DNA of 64,000 nucleotides, taken from NCBI RefSeq assembly GCF_009914755.1, contig NC_060931.1; one strand, 5' to 3'. The DNA is from the human T2T-CHM13v2.0 reference genome, Homo sapiens. Every line of letters begins with the position of its first letter. The first letter of the stretch is position 1. Both the position numbers and the translations under genes were made by a program. Below, one piece after another: positions 1-13,364 of this stretch. The notes under the pieces are model-generated. The model was given only the letters and a program-made list of their open reading frames with translations, was not told where the DNA came from and searched no databases.

Positions 1-466
1 CAATAGAGATACAAATCATAATGGGGATGGATCCCCCTCCAGGATGCTCCTGTCCCTGCGGGATGGGGGTGGGAGTGGGGATCAGGGTAGTTGAGGCAAT
101 GACAGGCTTCCATGGAACCTCCCATGATACCTGTCTTCAGTTCAGAGGAGTGGGGGTTATTTGCCAGGAAATGGATGGTGCCTGAGGCTTTCCCACATCT
201 GTGAAGGAATTTAGCATTCTGTGGAAAGTCCCCAATCTCAAAACCATCCACTGTAGGAATTGAAATTGCAATAAAAATTCCAGTGAACGATGTAAATGAA
301 TAAATAAAGTTGGATTTCAGTCCTCAAGCTAAAAACAACAAAAAAAGAAAAAGAAAATAAAAACAGATGAAGAAGTTGCAAAAAGTAGCGTAGCAAATTG
401 GTAGAAGATTCTGAACCAGGACTGAACAAGTCCAGTGCTTTTACAGAATAGCATGAACCCCCAACC

Positions 467-467
<1 letters not shown>

Positions 468-518
<51 letters not shown>
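468..518. repeat. (GTT)17 / (AAC)17 microsatellite forming the tail of the adjacent Alu
   Basis: 17 perfect GTT units directly abutting the 3' end of a minus-strand Alu. Confidence 0.95.
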
Positions 519-519
<1 letters not shown>

Positions 520-790
520 CGAGAGAGAGAATCTTGCTCTGTATCTCAGGTTACAATACTGTGGCAAAAACATGGCTCACTGCAGCCTGGGCTCAAGTGA
601 TCCTCCTGCCTCAGCCTCTGGAGTATCTAGAACTACAGGCACATGCCACCATGTCCGGCTAATTTTTTTTATTTTTTTGCATATTGCCTAGGTTGTCCAG
701 GCTGATCTTATACTCCTGGCCTCAAGTGATCCTCCTGCCTCAGTCTCCAAAAGCACTGGGAATACATAGGTGAGCCAGCCCGACATGGCC
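468..790 (-). mobile_element. AluJ-type SINE, diverged
   Basis: Reverse-complement Alu motifs (catggctcactgcagcct, ctcaagtgatcctcctgcctcagc twice, ggtgagcca...ggcc end); AluJ-type 'gatcctcc'. Confidence 0.9.
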
Positions 791-2260
791 TCCATTCCCT
801 GAGACTCATTCTCAAACAGAGGAGGCCCCCTGGGTGAAGCTACTTGCATAAGACCATGTGGAATATCCAGCTCGAATGGTTCTTGTTACTTCAGCTTCAT
901 TCTTTTAATAGAAATGAGGCAAAAGGTGCCAGGCACATGGATGACAAAGAAACCCTGTCAATTTTGAAGATACATAGAATTTGTTGTAAAGCAACCACCA
1001 GCACAGCACCTCCCAGTCTGGAGAAAGGTGGGGGTGAATGTAGATTTGATGTGAAACCTTGTGTAAGATATATAATAGGCACTAGAGAAATGACACTTGG
1101 CGAAGAAAATAATAAAATATGACTTGCTAGAGAGCCTGGCTTTGCTGACCAGCTGTAGGTTCTATAACTGCAGCTTACGTCCCTTTTGTTTCACAGTATT
1201 TATAACGCACTTGGCAGATCTGCATTCTTCCCTCTCTGATTGCAAATAAGAAAAGAGGGAGTGAGGGGTTGGCATATGGGAAGAGGATGAAAAGGGATGA
1301 TTCGCTGTCCTTTCCTAATGATATCCGGAAAGAATAACTTGGGATCTGGGATAGAAGAAACTTACACAAATACAATATTTCAGTGAATTTATTCATTCTT
1401 TCATTGGCTCCTTCCCACCCTCCACATTCGTCACTGTAAGCACTGGATCACTTTCCTTGTATGGTATGGTGAATTGACTAGTGAGAAGAGACCTGTTTTT
1501 CTACTGAAATGGCAACCTTTAATCTACATGCATTCTTTGCCTTTCCTCCTGCTATAGGTTTTCCAGGTCCTGGCACCCATATTTTCTTCCTGCTCTTTTC
1601 TCTCTCTTCTTTCTTCAGTTGTTTTCAGATTGAGGAGAAAATAGTATCTTTGGGGCATCTCTTATCCACAAGCAGGTTTAGATTACTTCCCTGTTATATG
1701 TACAGGATTTGTCGCCCTAGACCCTCAAATGCTAAACTGAAATTCCAGATCTTTAGGGTGGGAGCAGAACACAACTTATTGGTCCCACTTCGACAAGGGC
1801 AGAAGTAGATTCGAGGGCTTGTGCATACGTGGAGAGAGAAAAGAGCTTTGAAGATATCCACAATACCTTTCCAACATTTGGAACAGGACAAATAATTATG
1901 CGTTTCTAATATGATGACATAAAATATATTTATAACTATGCCATGTTCTCTCACTACAGAGTGCAAAACATTCTGTTAAAAGCAGTATTTTAATTTCCCT
2001 CTTATTTCCTCATTTTTCTCCTTTCTTCTTCTATTATTCTTCTAATTGCTTTATTGATTTATAGACTTATTTAAAGCGTATCGAAGATCTTATTATCCAG
2101 CTCTGTCAATTCACAAATGAGAAATTGAGAACCAGTGGCATTGTTCAAATTGTTTATGTACTTCAGTCATGAAGTTCTGGTCGTCTGACTTCTACACTGC
2201 TGTTCTCTACCCATGATGACTGAGTTTCTACTTTAGGAAACTGCCTCTCAGACATCTTTT

Positions 2261-2845
2261 TTAAAACTTTTTTTTTTAAGTTCAGGGGTACATGTGCAGG
2301 TTTTTTGCATAGATAAACTTGTGTCACGGGGGTTCACTGTAGATTATTTCATCACCCAGGTATTAAGCCTAATACCCATTAGTTGTTTTTCCTGATCCTC
2401 TTCTTCCTCTGACCCAGAACCCTCCAATAGGCCCCCGTATATGTTGCTCCCTCTATGTGTTCATGTGTTCCTATCACTTAGCTCCCACTTATGAGTAAGA
2501 ACATAAGGTATTTGGTTTTCTGTTTCTGTGTTAGTTTGCTAAGGATAATGGCCTCTAGTTTCATGTTGGATTCATGTCCATGCAAAGGACATGATCTCGT
2601 TCTTTTTTATGGCTGCATAGTATTCCATGGTTTATATATACTGCATTTTCTTTATTCAGTCTATCATTATGGGCATTTAGGTTGATTCCATGTCTTTACT
2701 ATGGTGAATAATGCTGTAATGAGCATAAATGTGCATGTGTCTTTATGATAGAACTATTTGTATTCCTTTGGGTATATACCCAGTAATGGTATTCTTGGGT
2801 TGAATCGTATTTCTGTCTTTAGGTCTTTGAGGAATCGCCACACTG
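2261..2845 (-). mobile_element. 5'-truncated older L1PA (roughly L1PA8-16) 3' end
   Basis: ttcaggggtacatgtgcagg... L1 3'UTR in reverse; perfect 13-bp TSD tcagacatctttt at 2248-2260 and 2846-2858. Confidence 0.92.
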
Positions 2846-3242
2846 TCAGACATCTTTTGATAGACTTGTAGACTGGCTCTGTTTTTTGTTCCACTTTGTA
2901 TTGTTTCACATCAGTAAAATTAATATACAGTCTGACTGTTTAGAGACTGAGCATCTAAGTGCCCCACTACCCCTATGTTACTTGTGAATATTAATAACTG
3001 TAAATTTCTGGTAGTGACAAATGGACCCTTCAGAGACCTCAGTAGAGTCCTGATCCTCTATAAATTACCAAAACGCTATTAAGTGTATAGATAGATTTTT
3101 CTGGTCTATGTTTTCTATGATTTTCCAAAATCACAAATATCTTAAGTCATATGAGTACTTTAATTTATTTTGTCTATCCTTAGAAACCCATAGTTAGTAA
3201 AATTTCACAGCCATGGGACATTAAGTTATGCCACATGCCAAA

Positions 3243-3385
3243 TTACTCATTCAACAAACATTCACTGAATGCCTGTTACGTGCATTCTACTGACAGGCAG
3301 TGAAGATGAAAAAGATGGATGTGACTTTTTCCTCCGAGAGCTCATAGACAGTGGCTGAAACAGACATGCAAACCAAAAATTTCTT
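3243..3385 (-). mobile_element. L2 3'-end fragment
   Basis: cattcaacaaacattcactgaatgcct... matches the reverse of the L2 3' terminus; boundaries approximate. Confidence 0.65.
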
Positions 3386-3446
3386 ATGCAGAGCAGGCAT
3401 CCTATGCCTTAAAATTTAATGAAAAAAAAAAACAAATATATTTCAG

Positions 3447-3778
3447 ACGGACAAAGCACAACAGGAGAAGGCAATGCAGCATCAGAAAGGCAGTATCTGT
3501 TGGCTCCTAGTTGTACCCCACTTGTCCTCAGAGAAGGTCCAGCAACACTAACCATGGAGGCAAGAAGACTAATCCAAGCAGCACAGCACTGCCTCTGACT
3601 GGCACATGCATTAGGACATTTTCCTATCCATCCTCTTACCATGGTGAGAGGAGATCTTGGGCCAGAGCTGGACTGGTGGACTATGAATCTAGGTAGAGGA
3701 ATGGCCTGTTTATTATGAGAAGAGCCTCCAGGGCTCAGATGCTTATATCAGTCCAGAACTTTGTGTTCTTCCTTTGAG
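3447..3778 (+). other. Candidate non-coding exon (alternative donors after 3643 and 3778)
   Basis: tttcag| acceptor with a weak pyrimidine tract; donors ATG|gtgaga and GAG|gtaaga; unique sequence. Confidence 0.25.
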
Positions 3779-4384
3779 GTAAGAGTGAGCTGACACCTTG
3801 ATAAGCTACCAAAAGGGAAGAGGAAATGATCCAAGGCCATCTAGATTCTTCTCTCCTCATTCTTTATACACATACATATGCATTATATACATATGCATAT
3901 ACCTATACCTATACATTTATATATGTGTGTATTTTTCCCCTCCACAATGCCATTATTTTAAAAAGTTGGTGGTCTGTTGTCTGAGCAAATAAAGTAGGTA
4001 CACACATGTGTTTAGCTTTGTGTGAAATCTCAAACTTTCACCATTCTCTCCACATGTTATCCTCATCTCATTTTTAGGATCAAAAGAAAGTAAGTTATTT
4101 CATGATTCTGTCGATTTCTTCCTCCATATTACCTGTCTTTCTCTAAGATCTTACTAAATTGTAGATTATCTTCTAAACTTAATAACATAGTTTATTTTAT
4201 TTCTGTTGACAAACCTTGCATGTCTCCTCTTCATATTCAATGGATTCTCTACCTGAACTCCCTTTCTGTTTATTTCTCCCTCATGAACAGTGAGTTCATG
4301 GAACTATAAACAATGTAGAAAGATCAAAATACAGAAAAAATATGAAAGACTTTTGAAAAGGTAGGGGCACTGGATGTATTTTAT

Positions 4385-4745
4385 TCTCCACTCTTTAACT
4401 GTGATTGGAGCCCAGGAAGCTGAATGATCTTGACTACATCCATGGATTCTTCCATCCTCGTAGCTGCCAGTTGGGTTCAACCAATGGGAAGCATCAGAAG
4501 ATGATCAAGAGACAAGAGGACAGTTGGATTAAGATATTCATAACCTCACTACCCCTTCTGGGAGATCACTATAGATTGTTGCCTCCCTCTGCTAAAGACC
4601 ACAGCTCTTGGCAGACATTCCTCAACACAGACCTATATTCCTGGTTCCAGGAATCCCCTCCTCTTCCCACTTTGGGCCTAATGGTATTAATACCCCTACT
4701 AGTACTATACCCTAAGTGCTGCACTTTCCTTTCTTGGTTTCTTAA
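4385..4745. mobile_element. ERVL-class LTR remnant (LTR33-like)
   Basis: cccaggaagctga...gttgggttcaaccaatgggaagcatcag...taaagaccacagctct resembles the recalled LTR33 consensus. Confidence 0.6.
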
Positions 4746-6937
4746 GGACATTCTCGCATAGTTGTGTTGTAGATGGTAGGATAAATGAGCCGTAAAAGAG
4801 TTTTAAAAGTTCGTGTTTTCTTTCACATTGGGCAACTCCTTTTGAGTAAAATATTCACCTCTCCTCCTTCTTTCTCATGATTTTGAAATGCATCCTGACT
4901 GCTTCCTTTACTAGCCAAAGTATTTTATAATCCATTCATATTAGTGCATTAAATAACTCAATTCTTATGAAGCATGCTGCTGATCTGAATAATAATGTTA
5001 TGAGTGAAAATGGCACCTTTAGTACTATTACTCTGGGGCTTCAACTTAGCATTTGTTTACTTCCTTGGAATACTCTTGTCCTCGGGTTTTCACATTCTAC
5101 CTGGCTCCTAATTATTTCCCAATGGTAAAGTGCCAATTCTAATAGTAGAATAAGATGGGATACATTCAACCTTATGCACTGTCACCTATTATTCGTCAAA
5201 TTCCAGCCATGAGTTGGATGAGCTCTGTATCCATGGCCATGACAGAACATAGTCCAGCTTGGCCATTCATTTCAAAAGGAATGTCCTGGCCTTTGTCTCT
5301 CTGTGCTTAAGGAGGCACCCTTTGCCCTTCCAAGCAGTTGGAGTATACTAGGACGTATGGTCATTGGTCTAGGCAGTTGGTTTTGCAGAATTTTGGAATA
5401 ACTATCTTCACACATTTAAGTCTGGAGCATTCTCTATGCCCTTTAGTACTAATTTTTGAAAAATATTATCATAAAATGAAGTTGATAAAAAGTAATAAAG
5501 GTCTGTTCTCTTGATGCCTGAATTTCAACTTGGCATCTTAAGCATACATTATTTATGCAAAGTGTTATAAATCACCATATGCTCATTAACTACTTGTTGT
5601 CTGCACATATAATGAGGGTTTTTTGTTTATTTTTAATATATTTTATTCTACTTGAATAAATGGTAGTAATGTTTCAACTGATATTTACTGAGTAACTTCC
5701 CTCATCCTTATACTACTCCCAGAGTTAGAAGTAACTCAGAAGGAAAAATATTAGATTCCAGTTCACTCTGATGTATATTTTTAATAGGGGAAAAGAGAGA
5801 TACTATAATTGTATCATATTACAACATAGAGAATAAAATTTAAAAATAATTTTGAACAAGACAAACAAGGTGATCTCACAGAAGGATGGAGTTATTTCAG
5901 GACTTTGGAATGGCATGGAATATAAAATATGGACTTTATGAGAGAGCAAGAAAGAATTGTTAGTCAGCGGTCTTTTTGTTTTGATTCCTCCTTGGTTTTT
6001 ATACATTCTTTTTAATGTACTATTTATTTTCTGTTTGAACTGTTTTCTAGATGAGCCTTAATATAAATGTACTGTTTAAGGGGAAATGTCAACTCTTAGT
6101 CATCTAGAAAAAATGCTTCACTCTGACCTAAGATTAGTGGGTATAGATAGCAACAGGAAGCCTGGATTGAAAATAGACCTGGTTTTTGAATCCTCCATTA
6201 CTGAACATCAATATGTAAAACAGATACAAATGGGGCATCAGTTGCAAAAGAAGACAGGAAGCCTCTACCCACATTTCCACACTTCCTCTACCCAGAGGAT
6301 TTGAAAATTACTGGTATACTTTTTTATTGTTAGAGCATTCAAATGTTATCCTTCATTATTAAATAAATAAATGGTGACTGCTGACATATTAGCCTCAACT
6401 CAAATCCCTTTGTCTGTAGCTGTATAGTCAGTTGCCAAGAAGATATTTTAGTGTCAACTAAAGCAACAAATCAATGCAGACAGGGAACAGGGAGGGGGAA
6501 TGGGATCATATGAAGGTTTTTTTTTTCCTCTCTCTCTTATTATTACACCCATTTACCAGAGGAAGTGTAATGCAATAGGGTGAGGACCTCTCTTCCCGCT
6601 GACTCCTTAGCAAACACGCTTGAAGGCTACATGTGACATAATGTGAGGTTAGCCCTGGGACTCACTGTTCAAGAAAGCTGGCGGGACTCCCCCTACTCCA
6701 AGGCCCCTCAGAGATGCCTAATGGAGGTGTGTTTTGGCCTGGATTGACAATCCTCTTGGATGACTGACTCTACAGACCAAGTGGCAAAACCCCACTTCAC
6801 TTTGTGCTGGAAAGGCAGCACAGTAAGTCAGGAACTAACCTGCGGCAGGAGGCCAAGGATTTGGATGGCAATTTCTGTGCTTTGTTCAGTACATCTTTTG
6901 GGGGCAGCCCACTCCTATCAACATAACAGGTGTCATA

Positions 6938-6944
<7 letters not shown>

Positions 6945-6968
<24 letters not shown>
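6945..6968. repeat. (TG)12 microsatellite
   Basis: Directly visible. Confidence 0.9.
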
Positions 6969-8071
6969 CACATGCACACATGTATGTGTGTATTTTCTAG
7001 AATAGCTCCATTAATGAAGAAACTAGGAACCAACTAAGGAACTGTTAACTATTGGCAAAATATTCAGTGCATTCTGATTTTCAAGTTGTTGACTTATTGG
7101 TTTGAAGCTTGTGCAAATAAACTGGAAATGTTAAACAAGCTGACAAACACATAAACCCACAAAAGATAATGACAGTCTATTTATTTGCTGTGCAATGACA
7201 TCCATAAGATTATAAAAATACCAGCTTATTCTTTTTGACTATTACTCAGTGACACTCGAGAGACGAGTTGGGATCTCTGACAAACAGAGTATTTATGGGA
7301 TGACATGTATCTGAAAAAGCCACAAGGTACATACCAGCACTGTGTGTCTCTATATTGTATAAACATATCTATTGTGTATTCACCCCTCAGTTTACAAGTT
7401 GCTATTTTTCCTGAACATGTTAAATGTTCTGTAGAGTTCTCTAAACAAATTTTAAATATTATGACATCTCAGTAACTATTGCATAGAAAATCTTCATATC
7501 TAGAATAAAACATAAAACTTTTTATTGAAGCCACATCTATAATTAGTCAAAACGTTTTATCAATTCAAAAGTTTTTAAATCAATTCACTAAGAATATCAA
7601 ACTGAAATTTGACACTTTATAAATTAAGCTAGAAGTTTAAAAACTAAATATTTACCATTTGATCATCTGATTTTGAAAAATAACAATGACTCATAGTGGC
7701 TGCTTGATATTATGTAATCTATTCCATTTGGAAACATAGTTTGAAACTGATTACACTGGTGCCATTTTTCAAATTTTTAATTTTCTAATGAGAATTTGGC
7801 AAATTATTACCAGCACATTTTTATGCTAACGGAAATGAGCCAGTTGAGAGGGAAGAGAACAGCTGGTGGAATAGATAAGAAGGCAACATCTTAGAGTTGG
7901 TAAGAGAAGAAGGAATCCAGTGAACAAGAAGAGACATTGTCTTTAGCTTAGACACAATGACTTCATCCATGATAGCAGCAGCGAGGGCAGAGTGGTTGGG
8001 CTCTGGTACTTGCAGCTCTTTGAATACCATGATGGGAGCCTGTGGGCACTTTATTTTATTCACTTCTATTT

Positions 8072-8117
8072 TCTATTGTACTTCTTACATCTATTGTAAT
8101 TCTTACATCTATTGTAA
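8072..8117. repeat. 18-bp tandem duplication (tctattgtaMttcttaca, about 2.5 copies)
   Basis: Units start at 8072, 8090 and 8108. Confidence 0.85.
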
Positions 8118-8137
8118 AATGAAGAAGCAGTGTCATC

Positions 8138-8445
8138 TTTTTTTTTTTTTTTTTTTTTTTCTGAGACAGCGTTTTATTCTGTTGCCCAGGCTGGAGTGCA
8201 GTGGGGCGATTACAGCTCACTGCCACCTCTACCTCCCGGGGCTAAAGCCATCCTCTCACCTCAGACCCCTGAGAAACTGGGAATACAGGAGTGTGCTACC
8301 ATGCCCAGGTAATTTTTGTATTTTCTATAGAGATGGAGTTTCACCATGTTGCCCAGGCTAGTCTCAAATTCCTGAGCTAAAGCCATCCACCTGCCTCAGC
8401 CTCCCACAGTGCTGGGATTACAGGTGTGAGCCACCATGTCTAGCC
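8138..8445 (-). mobile_element. AluJ (Jb-like)
   Basis: Poly-T followed by a full dimeric Alu in reverse, ending ...ccaccatgtctagcc. Confidence 0.92.
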
Positions 8446-9319
8446 AGCATCATCTGTTGAGAGTAAGAATGGGTAAGGAAGTGCTGGAGATTAAATGAGA
8501 CTTCAAATTACACAAATTAGTTTTTAAATGGCAGTAGGAAGTAAATGGATCACCAGCTCTGTCCACAATACAAGTGATTACCTCTTCAGTTGACAGTAAT
8601 ATTACTATTCCAAGTTTGAAAAATTTGAGCATATGCCCCTCGGTATGGTCTCTCTGAGGCCCACCAGTTTGTCTCTTCCTTAGCTTTTAGAGATGTCTGA
8701 AAAGATGGCTGAGAGGCTATTTTTATGTTTCTGCCCTGGAGACTCTGAACCTCTTCTGGGATAGGCACCAATATCATGTGAACAATGGTGACCCAAGTCA
8801 TCTTCACCTTTCTCTTATCTCCTTCCTCTCCTTAGCTTCTATCCTCTAATAGTGCTCTCTAGATACATCCTTCAATTAAAAATAGTTTGAGAATTTACCC
8901 ACCAATAAATCTATATACTTACAAATGAATGTATATCTTCTGCTATAGTAATTTTTACATTAAAATGTAACTCAGAGTATGAATTTTAAAGGAGGTTATG
9001 CCCTTCTGACCAAGATAAGCAAAGTGATTTGAGTGGAGGACTAACAAGAAATGCGTTTATTGAGATAGGAGTGCCTGAGACATGTGGATACCAACATCTG
9101 GTTCCGGTATTGTAGATCCATTAGGCCCATGCTAGGCTCCATAAGAGTGTAAATGTAGAGGTTGGTAAAAGAATTATCAGTAGAGTTTAAAAGTAGCCAC
9201 AGAATGTGGAGGATGTGCTTGAATGTGAAGACAGAAACCAAACTCTACATTTTTCCATTATGGTGATTTCTGAAGTGGGTGACAGAAGACCAAAGCATAT
9301 GTTAAGAAGGAAGTGAAGG

Positions 9320-9652
<333 letters not shown>

Positions 9653-10242
9653 CTATCCCTGATTCTAAATAGTACAGCCTCATACAGTGCAAGTACTATC
9701 CCTGTGGTTCCTGGGGCTCTGGGTGAGGGAGAACGGAGAGCGAGGGAGGGAGTAGCTGTGTGGCTGTCCTAGAACTGGGCACCAAGCAAGCTGCGCCCCA
9801 ACCTAAGAGGGGGCTAAAAGAATTAACTCTTTACCAGTGGTCAATGGCAGGCAAATGTATTTCTCTGTACCTGGGTCTTAGGAGATAGGAAATTCTGGAA
9901 TGAAGCTGCATGCTGCCCTAGAAAACCATCCACATCATCTATACAAAGACCTCCATATTAACAGAGGCTGCTAGCAGCCAATGGAATGGGCTTGGACCTA
10001 GTACTACCTTCACATAGTATAGATGTGAAAAACTGCAAGGGGATGTTTGGCTTCTCTCTTTCTTCTCCCCATTTCTAACACCAGAGGAGCTAGACACTGG
10101 GGAAGGAGAGAAACAAACGTGGCTAAGCCAGAACATCCTATTCACTCATTCCCAGGTTCTCCAGTCAACAGACAAGGAAGGAGTCAAATAGATCACGATA
10201 CCTCCCAACTCAGAAACCAGAGGTAAACTGGAGTAGACTAAG

Positions 10243-10333
10243 TTAACTATAAGTTGTAGAGTAACTGCTTAACTATAAGTTGTAGAGTAACTGCTAAAGT
10301 GAACAACTTAACTATAAGTTGTAGAGTAACTGC
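10243..10333. repeat. Three identical 26-bp copies (ttaactataagttgtagagtaactgc) with a 13-bp spacer before the third
   Basis: Copies at 10243-10268, 10269-10294 and 10308-10333. Confidence 0.95.
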
Positions 10334-10447
10334 TAACATGAGATTTGACAAAACATGCTTGAAGGCAATGGTTAATAAAATATTCACACTTTTTTTTCTA
10401 TTCTATAGCTCATTGTGTTGAGACTCAATAAACCAATCTCATAAGTA

Positions 10448-11117
10448 CAGACATAAACTCTTTCACTTGCAATGGTTCAACTTAGTGATTTTTATTATTA
10501 TTTTGTGATGGATATGAAAGCCATATGCATTTGGCAGGGCACAGTAGCTCACACCTGTAATCCTAGCACTTTGGGAGACTGAGGTGGGCAGACCACTTGA
10601 GGTCAGGAGTTTGAAACCAGCCTGGCCAACAGGGTGAAACCCCGTCTCTACTAAAAATACAAAAAAATTAGCCAGGCGTGGTGGCAGGTGCCTGTAACCA
10701 GCTACTTGGAGGCTGAGGCAGGAGAACTGCATGAACCCAGAAGGTGGAGATTGCAGCGAGCCAAGATGGCGCCACTGCACTCCGGCCTGGACGACAGAGC
10801 TAGACTTCATTAAAAAAAAAAATTAATTAAAAAAACCATATGCATTCAGTAGAAACCATACTTCAAGGACCCATAAAACCATTCTGTTTTCTACTATCAG
10901 TACAGTATTCAGTAAACTACATGAGGTATTCAGCACTTTCTTATCAAATATTTCTGTTTTAGGTGATTTTGCCACTGGAAGCTAATAATGTAAGTGTTCT
11001 GGGCAAGTTTAAGGTAGGCTAGGCTAAGCTATGATGTTTGGTATGTTGACTAAATGCATTTTTGACTTACAATAGGTTTATCAGGAAGTAACATAATCAT
11101 AAGTTGAGGAGCCTCTG
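10448..11117 (-). mobile_element. TcMar-Tigger MITE (MER47A-like), interrupted by an Alu
   Basis: TA flanks at 10446-47 and 11118-19; taaggtaggctaggctaagctatgatgtt and taagttgaggagcctctg terminal sequence. Confidence 0.8.
10533..10835 (+). mobile_element. AluS (Sx/Sz-like) nested in the MER47-like element
   Basis: Full Alu; TSD ccatatgcatt at 10521-10531 and 10836-10846. Confidence 0.94.
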
Positions 11118-11830
11118 TACTATATTGTAAAATGTTATACTGAGATACTTTTTAAATGAGGCATACTCAACCAATTTTCTCCCACTAAAAATATGTTTAA
11201 TTATTTTTAGTGAAAGCAAAAAGTTTCTGTTCAATTAATAAATACAAAATTTCTAATTTTTTTTCATTCTTTAAACTGTAGACTTTGGGGTACATTTCAA
11301 TCTAAAAATTAGGACAATTGTTGGTGTAGATATTTATTTATATATGAGTTATATAGGTTTACTGGTAGGTAAATTCTCAAACATTTTTTAAACTGGAAGA
11401 TGTATCTAGATAAACTTTATTAGAGAAAAGAGGTAGGAAAAGGGGTCCAAAAAAGGAAGGTGAGAGAAAGGGAGAAGGAAAGGAAAGAGAAGGAAGAAAA
11501 CAAGAACTCAGAGGAGAAGAGCTGGTCATGGATATGTGGAGAAGAAAGTAGAGGAGAAGGAGACGTGGGGAGGACAGGGGCGTGGATCCTAGGGAAGACA
11601 GGATGGCTTGGATTGCTTGGTTCACATGACAATCAGTGCAGGTTCCAGAAGGAGTTCAGTGTTTTGAGGGCACAAACATAAAAATAGCTTCTCAGCAACC
11701 TTTTCTAGAATCTGTAAAGGGAAAAGGAACGACTGGAGGGCCTCAGACAGACTATACTGTGGGGTATATGACCACATTTTCATAACTCTGCAGTAATGAC
11801 TGTCAACTGAATAGGTAACTGGTAATTCTG

Positions 11831-12123
11831 TTTTTTTTTTTTAGACAGAGTCTTGCTCTTTTGTCTAAACGAGTGCAGTGGTGCAATCTTGGCTCACTGC
11901 AACCTCTGTCTCTGAGGTTCAAGTGATTCTCATGCCTCAGCCTCCCAAGTAGCTGGGATTTACAGGCATGCGCCACCATGCTGGGCTAATTTTTTGTATT
12001 TTTAGTAGAGACAGGGTTTCGCCGTGTTGGCCAGGCTAGTCTCGAACTCCTGGCCTCAAGTGATCAGCCTGTCTCAGCCTCCCAATGTGCTGGGATTACA
12101 GGTGTAAGCCACTGCGCCCGGCC
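11831..12123 (-). mobile_element. AluS (Sz-like)
   Basis: Poly-T plus a full Alu in reverse, ending gcgcccggcc. Confidence 0.93.
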
Positions 12124-12544
12124 ACAACTGGTGGCTTCTGAGGCCAGAAAGGATAGTAGAGGGTGAGTGGTAGTGGTGGCAGGGGAGAATTAAGTAGACT
12201 CTAAGTAAGAACAGGTAGTCATGCCCTGTTCTCTGAGGGCATTTGTTAAGCTTTCCATATTGAAATATGAAACTGTCCACTTAATTGAAAGTTAGTGGGG
12301 AAATGTAATTTTTTGAAGGAGTAAGTTTCATTTACTTGGCATCAGTTTAAAAAACAAAAACCCAGTACAAACTTGCAAGATAAGTTTCACCTGCCAGAGA
12401 ACGACATTGTATTAGGAATAAGCAACAGCGTCCTTGTTAAAAGAGCCAGAAAAGGTCTAATATGCAAAGTACCCTCTGTACTACTGAAAAACCGCCTCAT
12501 TGTGACTCAGAGTTCACTCACAGAAAAATAATTAAGGCCCTGAA

Positions 12545-13200
12545 AGTCAACAAGTATTTATTAACAGCTTAAAATATGTTCTACACTGTAGTAGGAATTA
12601 TGGTGGATACAGTCTTGCTTTCAAAGAACTTACCCACTTGTAGGAAAATTAATAATTGAAATTGCAATAAAGGTTTGATACAGTTAGGGTTAAGTACTTA
12701 CATTAGTTTTTACGAAAAAAGAATACAAATCAAATTTAATGAACTGGATGTGTGATGTTACATGGAAGAGTGAGAGGAGAACTGAGAGAAGAAAAAAAGA
12801 GAGAGAAAATTACTTTTGAAACAAAACATTGTCCCAGAGTTCAAGAGAAACAAAACAAAAAGGAAACAGAAGGTAAGACAGCAGGAAGCAGACACTAGAA
12901 AAGAAAAAGAAATAAAAGATAAGACCAGGGTGCCTGAATGCTTGTCCATTCCTTTTCTGTTTTCCGTTAATTAATACATTTGTTTTAAAAGCGTTTATCT
13001 CGTAAGCACGAGACATGGTGCTGAGCAGTGGAGAAACAGAGTTAAAGAAGACATGATCTCTGCTCTTGAGGAACTTACAATTCAAGAAAATCAAAGCAGT
13101 AAAGCACTGATTGCACTGCAATGGGTCAAGGATGCTTTGCCAGAAAAGATGTTCATAGGATTTCAGGAAGAACGTAATTTACTGACAAGACTTAAGGGCT
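12545..13200 (-). mobile_element. L2 fragments (about 12545-12660 and 12965-13200)
   Basis: caacaagtatttatt..., ggtgctgagcagtggagaaacagag...ctcttgaggaacttaca. Confidence 0.55.
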
Positions 13201-13364
13201 CTAGGGTTTCAGATGGTTTGTTTTCAAGGATGAAAACTGAAGGAAGAATATGCTGAAATTAATGTTGGAAATTAATTATTCTCTATTCAAGGCGCACGTC
13301 CCCACAATTTAGTCCAGTACATTTCAGTTCATCTGCTCCCCTCTAGAGATATGGGTTAGCCAAC

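Noticed and set aside
238-662. PolyQ ORF (238-573, -) and polyV ORF (435-662, +)
   Set aside because: Both are read-throughs of the (AAC)17 Alu tail. The flanking residues are Alu-derived or low complexity, so this is not a polyglutamine gene.
1535-1630. Strong pyrimidine tracts with several AG acceptors
   Set aside because: No convincing donor within exon distance; CT-rich low complexity explains it.
10243-10333. Repeat-spacer-repeat pattern resembling a CRISPR array
   Set aside because: Only three copies, two of them directly abutting, with a single 13-bp spacer. The context is eukaryotic and there are no cas genes.
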